In this document: one piece after another, positions 1 through 9,350 of the stretch
How the letters are laid out: each line of letters starts with the position of its first letter
How positions within the stretch are numbered: the first letter of the stretch is position 1
Source of the DNA: a candidate division WOR-3 bacterium
Lineage (GTDB): Bacteria; Hydrothermota; Tepidihabitantia; B3-TA06; JALVRC01
DNA: 44,793 bases
Assembly: GCA_027025255.1 (NCBI GenBank)
Contig: JALVRC010000046.1
Span: 1-44,793 of the forward strand
Direction: 5' to 3'
Translations under genes and position numbers: made by a program
The notes under the pieces: generated by a model
What the model was told of the DNA's origin: nothing
Seen by the model: the letters and a program-made list of their open reading frames with translations, nothing else
Databases searched by the model: none

Positions 1-225
1 CATCTACTCCTTTTAATAGTAAAACACATGGCTAACCTCTCTCTTGTTGCTAAAGAAATGGGAATTTCTTATCCTACATTAAAAAATAAGATGCTTGAAT
101 TAAAAAGGCGACTTGGATTTGAAAAGGATACTAAGGATACATTAGAGGTGCTTGAAAGAATAAATAAGGGAGAGATTGATGTTGATACAGCAATAAAAAT
201 CTTAAAAAGGAGAAGAAATGAATGA
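1..225 (+). CDS. DUF2089-family HTH protein with C-terminal SHOCT-like helix (5'-truncated by window edge)
   Basis: Frame is open from base 1 (HLLLLIVKHMAN...). NLSLVAKEMGISYPTL matches the DUF2089 HTH motif; C-terminal EVLERINKGEIDVDTAIKIL is SHOCT-like. Confidence 0.75.
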   Translation, partial: HLLLLIVKHMANLSLVAKEMGISYPTLKNKMLELKRRLGFEKDTKDTLEVLERINKGEIDVDTAIKILKRRRNE

Positions 226-1051
226 AGAAAAACAAAAGATACTAAAAATGCTTGAAGAAGGCAAAATAACCTCTGAAGAAGCTGTAAGGCTTATTGAGGC
301 CTTAACTGACGAAAATTTAGGAGTAGAGAATATAATAAATTCTATTTCCAAGATAGTGAAAAAGGAATTAAAAAAGGTTTCAGAGGTTATAGATAAATCA
401 TTTGATGTAAAAGAAGGCTTTAGACAAAAAACCAAAAGAGAATATACATTTAAGGGTATCAGTTCACTTAATATTGATATCCTATCAGGAGACACAAGTA
501 TTACAGGGACAGAAAAAGAAAATATTATTGTAAACACAGGAGGAAATGTAATTCAAAAAGAAGAAACGTTATTCATAAACTCACTCAATAAGGATATTGA
601 CTGTTTATCACCAAAAAATATAAATATACGGCTAAAAGAACTTTCTGGTGACAGCATGATTGAAAATATATACGGCGATATATTAATACAAAATCATTCC
701 GGTGATTGTACATTAAAAAATATAGAAGGGAACATTAACATAAAAGCAACTGCTGGCGATATTCAAATAGAGCATATAATGGCAAATATATCAATTGACG
801 TAGTTGGAGGAGATGTATACATAGAACACAGTGAAAACTTAGATGGCAATATAAACGCAGTTTCAGGAGATATAGTGCTTTCAAAGATAAAAAATGTTAC
901 CATACATGCTGAAACCAGATACGGAGAGATAAAGATAGCGAACAAACATGAAAAAATGAAAAGAAAAAACAAACATACTATTGGTGATGGGCCTTACATA
1001 TTGTATGTTAAAACAAAATCAGGAGATATCATTATAAAGGAGGCAGAATGA
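218..1051 (+). CDS. SHOCT-like + DUF4097 (adhesin-like beta-repeat) protein, LiaX/YvlB-like
   Basis: N-terminal EEKQKILKMLEEGKITSEEAVRLIEAL; repeated SGD/AGD/GGD beta-turn units; SD AGGAG upstream. Confidence 0.8.
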   Translation: MNEEKQKILKMLEEGKITSEEAVRLIEALTDENLGVENIINSISKIVKKELKKVSEVIDKSFDVKEGFRQKTKREYTFKGISSLNIDILSGDTSITGTEKENIIVNTGGNVIQKEETLFINSLNKDIDCLSPKNINIRLKELSGDSMIENIYGDILIQNHSGDCTLKNIEGNINIKATAGDIQIEHIMANISIDVVGGDVYIEHSENLDGNINAVSGDIVLSKIKNVTIHAETRYGEIKIANKHEKMKRKNKHTIGDGPYILYVKTKSGDIIIKEAE

Positions 1052-1218
1052 AAAGTATTTTATTTGCTCTTATGTTAATAGCAATTGGAGCCTGGATATG
1101 GCTCTCTAACTTTGGGATATTAAGCTTTGTATGGGCAAGGGACTGGCCTGTAATAATCATAGCAATAGGGATATGTACTATACTGGATGTTTTGTTTAAC
1201 AAAAGGAAGAGATCATGA
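1048..1218 (+). CDS. Small two-TM LiaI/LiaF-TM (DUF5668)-like membrane protein, 56 aa, absent from ORF track
   Basis: Hand translation: MKSILFALMLIAIGAWIWLSNFGILSFVWARDWPVIIIAIGICTILDVLFNKRKRS. AGGAGG SD; ATGA overlaps with both neighbours; paralogous to the next gene. Confidence 0.85.
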   Translation: MKSILFALMLIAIGAWIWLSNFGILSFVWARDWPVIIIAIGICTILDVLFNKRKRS

Positions 1219-1279
1219 AAAAAGCTATATATTTAGGAATAGTCCTAATAATCATTGGAGCCTGGATATGGCTCTCTAA
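1084..1279 (+). repeat. 26-bp exact direct repeat ATTGGAGCCTGGATATGGCTCTCTAA (1084-1109 and 1254-1279)
   Basis: Read directly; the copies lie at equivalent positions of the two tandem paralogues. Confidence 0.9.
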
Positions 1280-1475
1280 TTTAGGAATCGTAATAATAAA
1301 TTTTTCAAGGGATTGGCCTCTGCTTATTATACTACTTGGTATTTATATTGTATACGTAAGAATCAAATCACCTAAAAACAAGATTTTACATATTCTTAAA
1401 GATTTAAATAATGGCAAAGCAACTGTAGAAGAAACGATATTGAAGATAAAAGAAATAAAAAACAGAGGTAAATAA
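1215..1475 (+). CDS. LiaI/LiaF-TM (DUF5668)-like membrane protein with C-terminal SHOCT-like helix
   Basis: IGAWIWLSN...RDWPLLIILLG motif; tail ILHILKDLNNGKATVEETILKI. Confidence 0.75.
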   Translation: MKKAIYLGIVLIIIGAWIWLSNLGIVIINFSRDWPLLIILLGIYIVYVRIKSPKNKILHILKDLNNGKATVEETILKIKEIKNRGK

Positions 1476-1532
1476 GAATGTAATAAAATCAATTTAGCCC
1501 TATCATATAAAAAACCAGCAACTATTATACTA

Positions 1533-1560
1533 TTGACATAGATAAATAAATTGTTAGCTT
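1533..1560 (+). promoter_or_regulatory. sigma70-like promoter TTGACA-N16-TAGCTT with TGn extension
   Basis: Consensus match in the intergenic region upstream of the lipoprotein gene. Confidence 0.5.
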
Positions 1561-1596
1561 TTGCTTAAATCTCAAAAATAGTTAATCCTTTCCCCC

Positions 1597-1624
1597 TTGA
1601 CTTATACCTATAATTAAGTATAAT
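1597..1624 (+). promoter_or_regulatory. sigma70-like promoter TTGACT-N16-TATAAT
   Basis: Near-consensus boxes followed by AGGAGG SD and ATG at 1641. Confidence 0.75.
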
Positions 1625-1640
1625 ATACAAAGGAGGATGT

Positions 1641-3260
1641 ATGAAAAAGATTTTAATATTTATAAGTTTATTCACTTTCGCTTGTGAGAATGCAGACAAT
1701 AATGAACCTAATGTAGAAAAAGGTGATATCGTCATTGTTTTTCCAAAAGATAATGATACAATAGCCGGGCTTACTTACATAAAGGTTAAATTTGATAAGG
1801 CTTCCAATTACTCACTTTTACTTGATAATGATACAGTATATACAGGGAAGGATGACAGTTTAGTACTTAACACTCCGGAAGGAGTTCATAAATTTATAGC
1901 TAAGTACAATAAAAACTTTGATACAGTTAATGTTTATGGATTAAGTTTTATCCCCGAACTTATATATCCTGAAAACGGAGATTCTACAAACGGGAAATTT
2001 ATTATAAAATCTTTAACAAAAGCCGCCTCATACACAATTGAACTCTCAGAAGATGAAAACTTCTCTAATATAGACCTATCAAAAACATCCAGTGATACTA
2101 CCTTTACCTTTGATTTAACAAATCTGAAAAAAGGATATTGGAGAGTATACGCTACAAATATCCTTGGATTTAAAGGTAATTATTCTAACCATAGTCTTTT
2201 CTACTTAACAAATGCGGATAGTGGAGATACCAACACTCCTTTCCATCCTGTTGATACAACCTATGGCGGGCCAAAGGACGATGAAGCCTATGATATGGAA
2301 CGTGATGGTAATAACTTTATTATTTGTGGATATACATCTTCCAGGGGAGCAGGTGGAAAAGATATATACCTTATAACGGTTGATAAATACGGGAGTATTA
2401 TATATGAAAATACCTATGGTGAAGCAAACGATGAGATTGGATTTACACTTGATATTTCCAGTGGATTTTATGTAATAGGCGGCTACAAAGATAATGGCAC
2501 AGAAAAATTCCCTTATATCTTAAAGCTATCAACCAATACAAAAATATGGGATAAGAGTTTAAATATTGAAGGAGGAGAAATAAGGGATATTACATTCTTT
2601 GATAATAAATATTTTTTTGCAGGTAGAACACTTGACGAAAAGGCATTCTTCGGTGCAACTGACAAAAATGGAAAAGAAATTTTTACAAAAACAATAGCTG
2701 ACGCAGCTTTTTATACCTTAGAGATTCTAAACAATAATATTTTCCTCGCAGGATATAAAAAAGATAACGTAAACAAGGCATACATTGTAAAAACTGACCT
2801 TTCAGGAAATATAAAAAAAGAAATAACTCCTTCTGAAGGACGCTCAACTATTTATGATATAAATTCATATAATGGAATGCTTTACTTCACCGGGTATAAC
2901 TCTGGCTCTGGATACAGTGATGTTTATGTCCTTTCAACTAATGAAGAATTCTCTCCTATTTCCAGTAAGGAAATTGGAGGTCTAATGGGTGAAGATTGGG
3001 GATTTAAAATAGACATATATAACGGCTTTCTATATATATCTGGCTTTACTCAATCGTATGGAGCTGGACTTTACGATGTATATCTTTTAAAATTATCCCC
3101 CTCACTTGAATTAAAATATGAATGGTATACAGGAGGAAGCGAGAGTGAATGGGGGTATGCCTTAAAAGTTAACAACTACGGGATAGCTATTACAGGAATG
3201 ACAAACTCAAAAGGAGCAGGGATAAGAGATGTCCTCTTTATTCTAAAGAAGGATAACTGA
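1641..3260 (+). CDS. Lipoprotein with Ig-like N-terminal domains and a C-terminal beta-propeller
   Basis: Lipobox-like FTFA-C; repeats TYGG..DD/E and G.T.S.GAG..D+Y++K typical of propeller blades. Confidence 0.7.
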   Translation: MKKILIFISLFTFACENADNNEPNVEKGDIVIVFPKDNDTIAGLTYIKVKFDKASNYSLLLDNDTVYTGKDDSLVLNTPEGVHKFIAKYNKNFDTVNVYGLSFIPELIYPENGDSTNGKFIIKSLTKAASYTIELSEDENFSNIDLSKTSSDTTFTFDLTNLKKGYWRVYATNILGFKGNYSNHSLFYLTNADSGDTNTPFHPVDTTYGGPKDDEAYDMERDGNNFIICGYTSSRGAGGKDIYLITVDKYGSIIYENTYGEANDEIGFTLDISSGFYVIGGYKDNGTEKFPYILKLSTNTKIWDKSLNIEGGEIRDITFFDNKYFFAGRTLDEKAFFGATDKNGKEIFTKTIADAAFYTLEILNNNIFLAGYKKDNVNKAYIVKTDLSGNIKKEITPSEGRSTIYDINSYNGMLYFTGYNSGSGYSDVYVLSTNEEFSPISSKEIGGLMGEDWGFKIDIYNGFLYISGFTQSYGAGLYDVYLLKLSPSLELKYEWYTGGSESEWGYALKVNNYGIAITGMTNSKGAGIRDVLFILKKDN

Positions 3261-4560
3261 CACGTTTTAACAAATAAATCCCATCTTTTTTAAAAAGCGT
3301 TATATAGCCTGAACCCAGAAGAGTGTCAATATAAGTGTATCTTTTATCCCATTCAAGAGGATACACATTACCCTTTTCTAAATCAATAATGATATAAGAG
3401 GCTTTGTTAAAAGGAATAAGTGATATGCTATCTCGTTCGCAAAGATGAGGTAATATGCTATTACAAGCAGATACTGAAACATCCCCGGGAATTACACAAA
3501 TAAGACTATCAATAGTCTCTATACGTTTAAATGATTGTCTCAAAGGAAAAAAATCAGGCAAGTATAGTAAGTTAAAGAAAAAAGCAACAACAACCATTAC
3601 CCTTAAATAATCTCTCTTTACGTATCTTATGCCATTTATCATAGAAAATACGATGAACGGTATAATAAGATCACTATACTGGTAATCAAGTAAATACCTA
3701 TGAAAATAAGAGCTTGAAAGATGTTCAAAAAGAGGAACAATCGCTGGGATAAGCTCAATAGGGGCAAAAAGGATAACTCCACCGGTAGAAAGAATGATTC
3801 TTACTACACTCCATAATCTCTTAAACATAACATCTAAAGAAAATGTATTCAAACTATTAGCATAATGTATGTTCCACATTGTTTTTAGACCTCCGCCAGT
3901 ATAAGGGAAGATAAGGGAAAAAACAACTGCCACAAAGACAATTGAACCTACAATCCATACAACTAAAGGCATTATGGTCTTCTTTTCGTACGATAAATAG
4001 AGCCCCATGCCTAACCACACAACAACAGTATCCTCTTTTAACAGGGCTAAAAGTAAGAAAGGCAGAAAAAAGAATTTATTATCATTCATCAAGAGATACA
4101 GCCCCAGAAGTATTAAGGGAATCCCTATTGTTTCCGGATGAAAATCAAAAGAGAATTGAGAAAGGAAAAATTGATTAGTAATAAACAGGAAAACGATTAG
4201 TATTGTTTTTTCTTTCCCAATCTTCAGTTTCAATGATATAAGATAAACTAAATAGACACTAAAAAAAACCACGAGTGCTTTTATAATTAAAAGCAGGTAA
4301 ACAGAACCAAAAATAAATGTTAATGGGGCAAGAAGTATACTTATGGGATGAAAATGAGCAAAGAAGCCATGATGAGCAAATATCCCATCATATATCTTAC
4401 AATGATTTGAAATATTGTAAAGAATATTTGCTCTTATTCCGAGGTCATAAGCACCTGTATTGTATGTAATATGCTGAAAAATCTTTACACATAATGCAAG
4501 TATCCCTAAAATAAAGGATAGTGTTAAAAACAGGCTATGCTGTTTGAGGCTCTTTAACAC
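3238..4560 (-). CDS. DUF2079-family polytopic membrane protein (putative GT-C glycosyltransferase)
   Basis: YDLG, HFHPI, FDFHPE, LKED and QYS motifs; many TM helices. Confidence 0.75.
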   Translation of the reverse strand: MLKSLKQHSLFLTLSFILGILALCVKIFQHITYNTGAYDLGIRANILYNISNHCKIYDGIFAHHGFFAHFHPISILLAPLTFIFGSVYLLLIIKALVVFFSVYLVYLISLKLKIGKEKTILIVFLFITNQFFLSQFSFDFHPETIGIPLILLGLYLLMNDNKFFFLPFLLLALLKEDTVVVWLGMGLYLSYEKKTIMPLVVWIVGSIVFVAVVFSLIFPYTGGGLKTMWNIHYANSLNTFSLDVMFKRLWSVVRIILSTGGVILFAPIELIPAIVPLFEHLSSSYFHRYLLDYQYSDLIIPFIVFSMINGIRYVKRDYLRVMVVVAFFFNLLYLPDFFPLRQSFKRIETIDSLICVIPGDVSVSACNSILPHLCERDSISLIPFNKASYIIIDLEKGNVYPLEWDKRYTYIDTLLGSGYITLFKKDGIYLLKRVSYPSLE

Positions 4561-5785
4561 CTCTTAAAAGAAGACCTCCAATAATAAAAAACATAACAAG
4601 CGCAATTATAGAAAATCTACCCTGTCCTGTTAGTTGAGCAATTATGGCAAAAGCTAAAGGACCTATAACATTTGCAAACTTTCCGCTCATAGAGAAAAAC
4701 CCGAAAAACTCTGCTGAACGTTCTACAGGTATCAATCTTCCGAAAAGCGATCTGCTCAAAGCCTGTGCTCCTCCCTGGACGGTACCTATCACAATTGCCA
4801 AAATATAAAATTCCCAGGCGTTTTTCATAAAGAACCCCCATATCACAACACCGGTGTATACAAAAAGTGTAATAAATATGCCTGTTTTAGTCCTTATGTA
4901 TTTTGTAATAAAGCCAAAAAGCAGGGTAAATGGTATCCCGACAAACTGAGTAATAAGTATTGCTATTATGAGATCATTCATACCAATCCCTATTTCTGTC
5001 CCGTATGCAACAGCCATTTTTATAACAGTACCAATCCCATCATTGTATAACCAATAAGCAATCAAAAACTTAAATGCTTCTTTATATTTTCTTATCTCTT
5101 TAAACGTATCTACAAACCTTTTAAATCCAAGCGTTATATAATGTGATATCTTTAATTTTTCTTTCCTTTTCGTTTCTTTATAAAAAATTATCAATGGCAG
5201 TGCAAAGATAAACCACCATAATGAAACTGTTATAAAAGAATATTGCGTTGCCTTAAACTTATCATAAATACCAAAAAAAGATGGCTTAAGAATCATAAAA
5301 ACGTTCAAGGCCAATAAAAGACCACCACCAAGATAGCCTGCTGCAAACCCTGAAGATGAAACCCTATCTATATTACTTTTTGAAGATATATGGGGAAGTA
5401 TACCATCATAAAATATATTTCCTCCAGCAAATCCGATAAAACTTAGAATAAATAATACTGATGCGAAAACAATCTCTCCTTTATCAATAAACCCCATAAG
5501 GAATGTTGAAACAATACCAATAATCATAAAGAATATCAAAAAACGCTTACGTGATGTTGATATGTCACTTATTGCTCCCAATACCGGTGCAAAAATTGCA
5601 ACAATTAAAACAGCTACGAAATTACTATACGACCACCATACTGTTGAATGCACCTGAGACATGCCAGAGCCTGCTACGCTTTTATAGAAAGCCGGGAATA
5701 CTGCCGCCAATATGGTTGTTGCGTACGCAGAATTGGCCCAATCATACATTATCCATGAATTTTTTATCCTATCTCTAAAAAACAT
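4535..5785 (-). CDS. MFS transporter, UMF1/Atg22 family
   Basis: WIMYDWANSAY, GYLGGG, LYNDG and QALSRSLFGRLIP...AEFFG motifs; about 12 TMs. Confidence 0.9.
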   Translation of the reverse strand: MFFRDRIKNSWIMYDWANSAYATTILAAVFPAFYKSVAGSGMSQVHSTVWWSYSNFVAVLIVAIFAPVLGAISDISTSRKRFLIFFMIIGIVSTFLMGFIDKGEIVFASVLFILSFIGFAGGNIFYDGILPHISSKSNIDRVSSSGFAAGYLGGGLLLALNVFMILKPSFFGIYDKFKATQYSFITVSLWWFIFALPLIIFYKETKRKEKLKISHYITLGFKRFVDTFKEIRKYKEAFKFLIAYWLYNDGIGTVIKMAVAYGTEIGIGMNDLIIAILITQFVGIPFTLLFGFITKYIRTKTGIFITLFVYTGVVIWGFFMKNAWEFYILAIVIGTVQGGAQALSRSLFGRLIPVERSAEFFGFFSMSGKFANVIGPLAFAIIAQLTGQGRFSIIALVMFFIIGGLLLRGVKEPQTA

Positions 5786-5817
5786 ACATAACCTCTCGTG
5801 TTTAACAGTTTAACATA

Positions 5818-6864
5818 CTAATAAAATATTAGTTGAAAAGGTACAGGTACGAATGAAAGAATAAACATCAATAATGCAAATATTAACAAAAATTTATCTC
5901 TTTTTATAAGTGGGCTTATCTCATCTACTAAAGGAGGATGCTTAAAGCCCAATAATAAAATCAAAAAAAGCCAGAACCACCATCCCTGCCATAAAAAACC
6001 CAAAAGAAATAAAATTCCTGCAACAGGATAAACAACGTATTTTCTATTTCTTGTAAGAAATCCATACAGTATATGTCCTCCATCAAGCTGTCCTAAGGGT
6101 AAAAGATTCAAGGCTGTAACAAAAAACCCAATCCATGCAGAAAGAGCTAAAGGATGAAGCATTATCTCAGTTCCAGGTGAAGTTTCTCCTTTCACAAGAT
6201 ATGTTAACAACAAAAAGATTAAAGAATCTCCTAATTTTATACCCTGAGTTGAAGAAGCAGGAACAATCGTTGAATAATGCAAGCCGATAAAGGCTGCAGG
6301 AATAGACAGTAAAAAACTCACAATAGGCCCTGCTATACCTACCTCAATAACTTCTTTTCTCGAAGGGATAAGACCTCCCATACGAATTACTGCTCCAAAT
6401 GTTCCTATCAAAGTAAAGGGAGCAGGAATAAAATACGGCAATGTAGCAGGAATATTATAGTACTTACAGACAAAATAATGACCTAATTCATGTCCTCCTA
6501 AAATAATAATTATACTCAAGGAAAATATAATTGCTTTTAAAACACCACCAAACATAAGTCCGGCAAAATACGTAGTGGCAAGTGTTAAAACAAAAAGGAT
6601 AACATTAATAATCGGTCTCTGTCTTATTGTCTTATTTGCTATAGCCTTGAGCTCAATAACGATTTCTTCTTTTTCTCTGTAAAGAAAAGGAACTATTGTA
6701 ATAGTAGCAGAGGCATCATAAATTTCTTTTATATGAGTTGCCCCATATCCAGGATAAAACGTACCTATAAGTTTCACTCCATACCTTTGAGGAATAATTT
6801 CTCTAATAGAAAAATATTTTTTTAAAGCCTCTATATACTTAGTAAAAATCACATTATCAGTCAT
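5818..6864 (-). CDS. Site-2 protease (M50) membrane zinc metalloprotease
   Basis: HELGH and NLLPLGQLDGGH motifs. Confidence 0.9.
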   Translation of the reverse strand: MTDNVIFTKYIEALKKYFSIREIIPQRYGVKLIGTFYPGYGATHIKEIYDASATITIVPFLYREKEEIVIELKAIANKTIRQRPIINVILFVLTLATTYFAGLMFGGVLKAIIFSLSIIIILGGHELGHYFVCKYYNIPATLPYFIPAPFTLIGTFGAVIRMGGLIPSRKEVIEVGIAGPIVSFLLSIPAAFIGLHYSTIVPASSTQGIKLGDSLIFLLLTYLVKGETSPGTEIMLHPLALSAWIGFFVTALNLLPLGQLDGGHILYGFLTRNRKYVVYPVAGILFLLGFLWQGWWFWLFLILLLGFKHPPLVDEISPLIKRDKFLLIFALLMFILSFVPVPFQLIFY

Positions 6865-7618
6865 TTTTTAATCCGGATAAAAAGGTATATCCACCATTCA
6901 CCCAATTATTTAGCATATCATCTAAATGTTTTATAAACCTATAAAAGGACAAAGGAGCCTTTATCCTCCCCTGTAGTTTAAAAAACAAAGGATTATATGT
7001 TTTAATAAACAAAGGAGTAAAGAAGTCTTTAAAGACCCTGATTATCTCAATGCCACTAACCTCTTCAAAGGGAGAACGCATCTCTTTCCTTCTACTTAAG
7101 CCTTTCAGAATTCTTACTCTCTCATAAGAAAACAAAATAAGCATAAGTCCCATGAAATATTCCCTGAACCTTCCAATACCTATATAATCATTTACTAAAA
7201 ACATCCCCTTTTTAGAAAGCCATTTATGGATTTTCTTATAAAGCCCATTAATATCAGGGATATGATGAAGGCTGTCCCATGCTATAACTAAATCAAAGTA
7301 GCCTTCATCAAATTCTAACTCAAGAATATTTGCATTTATGAACTGAGCCTTAAGCCCCCTATTTTTAGCTTTCTCAATACGCTTTCTGGATATATCCACA
7401 CCTATATACTCTCCTCTAATGCTTAGTTCATCTGCAAGCCAACCATCTCCACACCCTATTTCAAGAACCCTCTTAGGATTTCTCTTTTTTACAATACTTA
7501 TAAATTCTTTTTTTATACTATCAAAGAATATAGAGACTATTCGTTCATATTGCCAGGGATTCTGGATAAGGGTCTCAGGACTATCCCAGTACTCTGCCTC
7601 TTTTAAGAATAAATCCAT
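6857..7618 (-). CDS. Class I SAM-dependent methyltransferase
   Basis: VLEIGCGDG, GVDIS, FDLV and LHH motifs. Confidence 0.85.
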   Translation of the reverse strand: MDLFLKEAEYWDSPETLIQNPWQYERIVSIFFDSIKKEFISIVKKRNPKRVLEIGCGDGWLADELSIRGEYIGVDISRKRIEKAKNRGLKAQFINANILELEFDEGYFDLVIAWDSLHHIPDINGLYKKIHKWLSKKGMFLVNDYIGIGRFREYFMGLMLILFSYERVRILKGLSRRKEMRSPFEEVSGIEIIRVFKDFFTPLFIKTYNPLFFKLQGRIKAPLSFYRFIKHLDDMLNNWVNGGYTFLSGLKND

Positions 7619-7643
7619 AAAAAGCAGGGGCTAAGCCCCTGCT
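7619..7643 (-). terminator. Intrinsic terminator AGCAGGGGC-N3-GCCCCTGCT followed by T5
   Basis: 9-bp perfect stem (7623-7631/7635-7643) just after the stop of 7651..8049. Confidence 0.75.
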
Positions 7644-7650
7644 CAATTTT

Positions 7651-8049
7651 TTAGAAGTTAAATTTTGTTGATAGAGCATAAATGCCAAAGGGCATTTTCC
7701 ATGCTTTACCGGAAAGAGATTGAATTATACCTATTATTGCAAGCACACCTAAACCCAGAAGACCTACAATCCACAAAATACCAGAAAGTGTAAGACAAAT
7801 AGGGAATCCAAAAGACATAACTAAAGCAGTATCAATCGCACCTGCGATTACACCTATTATTACCATTACAATTATAAATCCAAGATAATATAGAAGCAGT
7901 GCAAGCCCCTGTTTTGCATGAAACTGTGAATATTTATTCTCTTTCTGAGCTAAAAGAGGAATTAATAGGAACAGACCAAAATATGAAAGCCATGCAAGTC
8001 CCTTTCCTTCATTTATTTCTTCCTCACTAAACGTTAATTCTTCTGACAT
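7651..8049 (-). CDS. DUF4870 (Tic20-like) membrane protein
   Basis: LAWLSY...PLL...QFHAKQGL...IIGII...G..WKMP pattern; GGAGG SD. Confidence 0.8.
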   Translation of the reverse strand: MSEELTFSEEEINEGKGLAWLSYFGLFLLIPLLAQKENKYSQFHAKQGLALLLYYLGFIIVMVIIGVIAGAIDTALVMSFGFPICLTLSGILWIVGLLGLGVLAIIGIIQSLSGKAWKMPFGIYALSTKFNF

Positions 8050-8057
8050 AAAACCTC

Positions 8058-9263
8058 CTATTTATTTAATTTGTTTTTTATAACCCTTGCAAGTCTTTTT
8101 ATACCTTCTTCTATCATTTCAGGCGTTGCATTAGAAAAATTAAGCCTCATTGTATTCTTACCTGAGCCATCAGGGTAGAAAGAGCTCCCAGGCACAAAAG
8201 CGACCTTTTCTTTAACAGCCTCGTTAAAAAGCTCTTTTGTATCAATGTGCTCAGGCAGCTCAACCCACAAAAACAACCCACCTTCTGGCTTTGTCCATTT
8301 TACTCCAGAAGGGAAATAACGCTCAAGTGTATCAAGCATCACATCCCTACGCTCCTTATACATATATCTTATCTTCTTTATATGCGTTTTCAAAAGACCT
8401 CTACCACATATATCATAAGCAATATACTGAGAAAGCGTACTTGTATGCAAATCTGCTCCCTGCTTCACCTGAACCAGTTTTTGAATAACTACTTCAGGAG
8501 CAACAATCCAGCCTAATCTTAATCCAGGGGCAAGGGTTTTAGAGAATGTACTCATATAAAGAACATTCTCCTTATAAAGGGAGACTAACGGACTTAAATC
8601 TTTACCTTCATAACGCAACTGTCCGTAAGGATCATCTTCAACAATAAATACATTAAACCTTCTGGCAAGTTCTACTATTTTATGCCGTTTTACTTCTGAA
8701 ATGGTAACTCCAGCAGGATTATGGAAATTTGGCAGTATGTACATAAATTTAATGTCTGGAACTCTTAAAAGCGTTTCTTCCAATTTATCCGTATCAAGTC
8801 CGTCTTCAGATATTGGAACTGTTATGTACTCCGGAAGATAGGGATTCCAGGCTTGAAGAGCTCCCAGATATGTTGGGGCAGTTGTCAATACCTTATCTTG
8901 CTCTGTAATAAAGAGTTTCCCAACAATGTCAAGTGCTTGCTGTGAACCATTAACAGGCAAAATATTTTTAGGCTCTGCAGGAACACCGTACTTCTGCATG
9001 TTTTCAGCAAGAAACTCCTTAAGAGGTGGATATCCTTCAGTAGGACTGTATTGAAACATTTGTTTCCCCTTTCGAGGAATCAAATATCTACATGCTTCTT
9101 CAAGCTCTCTTAAAGGGAAAGATTCAGGAGCAGGTAATCCCCCTGCAAGAGAGATTATATCAGGCTCCATCGTAACCTTTAAAATTTCTCTAATAGCTGA
9201 AGGCCTAATATTCTTTGCTCTTTTAGCATATTTCTTTTCCCAATCAGGCATATAAGTCATCAT
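8058..9263 (-). CDS. PLP-dependent aminotransferase class I, LysN/2-aminoadipate transaminase-like
   Basis: ISLAGGLP, NFHNPAG, EDDPY, STFSKTLAPGLRLGW and RLNFS motifs. Start moved to ATG 9263, which follows GGAGG. Confidence 0.85.
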   Translation of the reverse strand: MMTYMPDWEKKYAKRAKNIRPSAIREILKVTMEPDIISLAGGLPAPESFPLRELEEACRYLIPRKGKQMFQYSPTEGYPPLKEFLAENMQKYGVPAEPKNILPVNGSQQALDIVGKLFITEQDKVLTTAPTYLGALQAWNPYLPEYITVPISEDGLDTDKLEETLLRVPDIKFMYILPNFHNPAGVTISEVKRHKIVELARRFNVFIVEDDPYGQLRYEGKDLSPLVSLYKENVLYMSTFSKTLAPGLRLGWIVAPEVVIQKLVQVKQGADLHTSTLSQYIAYDICGRGLLKTHIKKIRYMYKERRDVMLDTLERYFPSGVKWTKPEGGLFLWVELPEHIDTKELFNEAVKEKVAFVPGSSFYPDGSGKNTMRLNFSNATPEMIEEGIKRLARVIKNKLNK

Positions 9264-9305
9264 TACCTCCATTTATTCTTGTATACAACATTACACATAA
9301 CTTTA

Positions 9306-9333
9306 ATTATACGTAAAATAACAACAAAGTCAA
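9306..9333 (-). promoter_or_regulatory. sigma70-like promoter TTGACT-N16-TATAAT
   Basis: + strand ATTATA 9306-9311 and AGTCAA 9328-9333. Confidence 0.75.
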
Positions 9334-9350
9334 TAGAAATAGATTTATTA

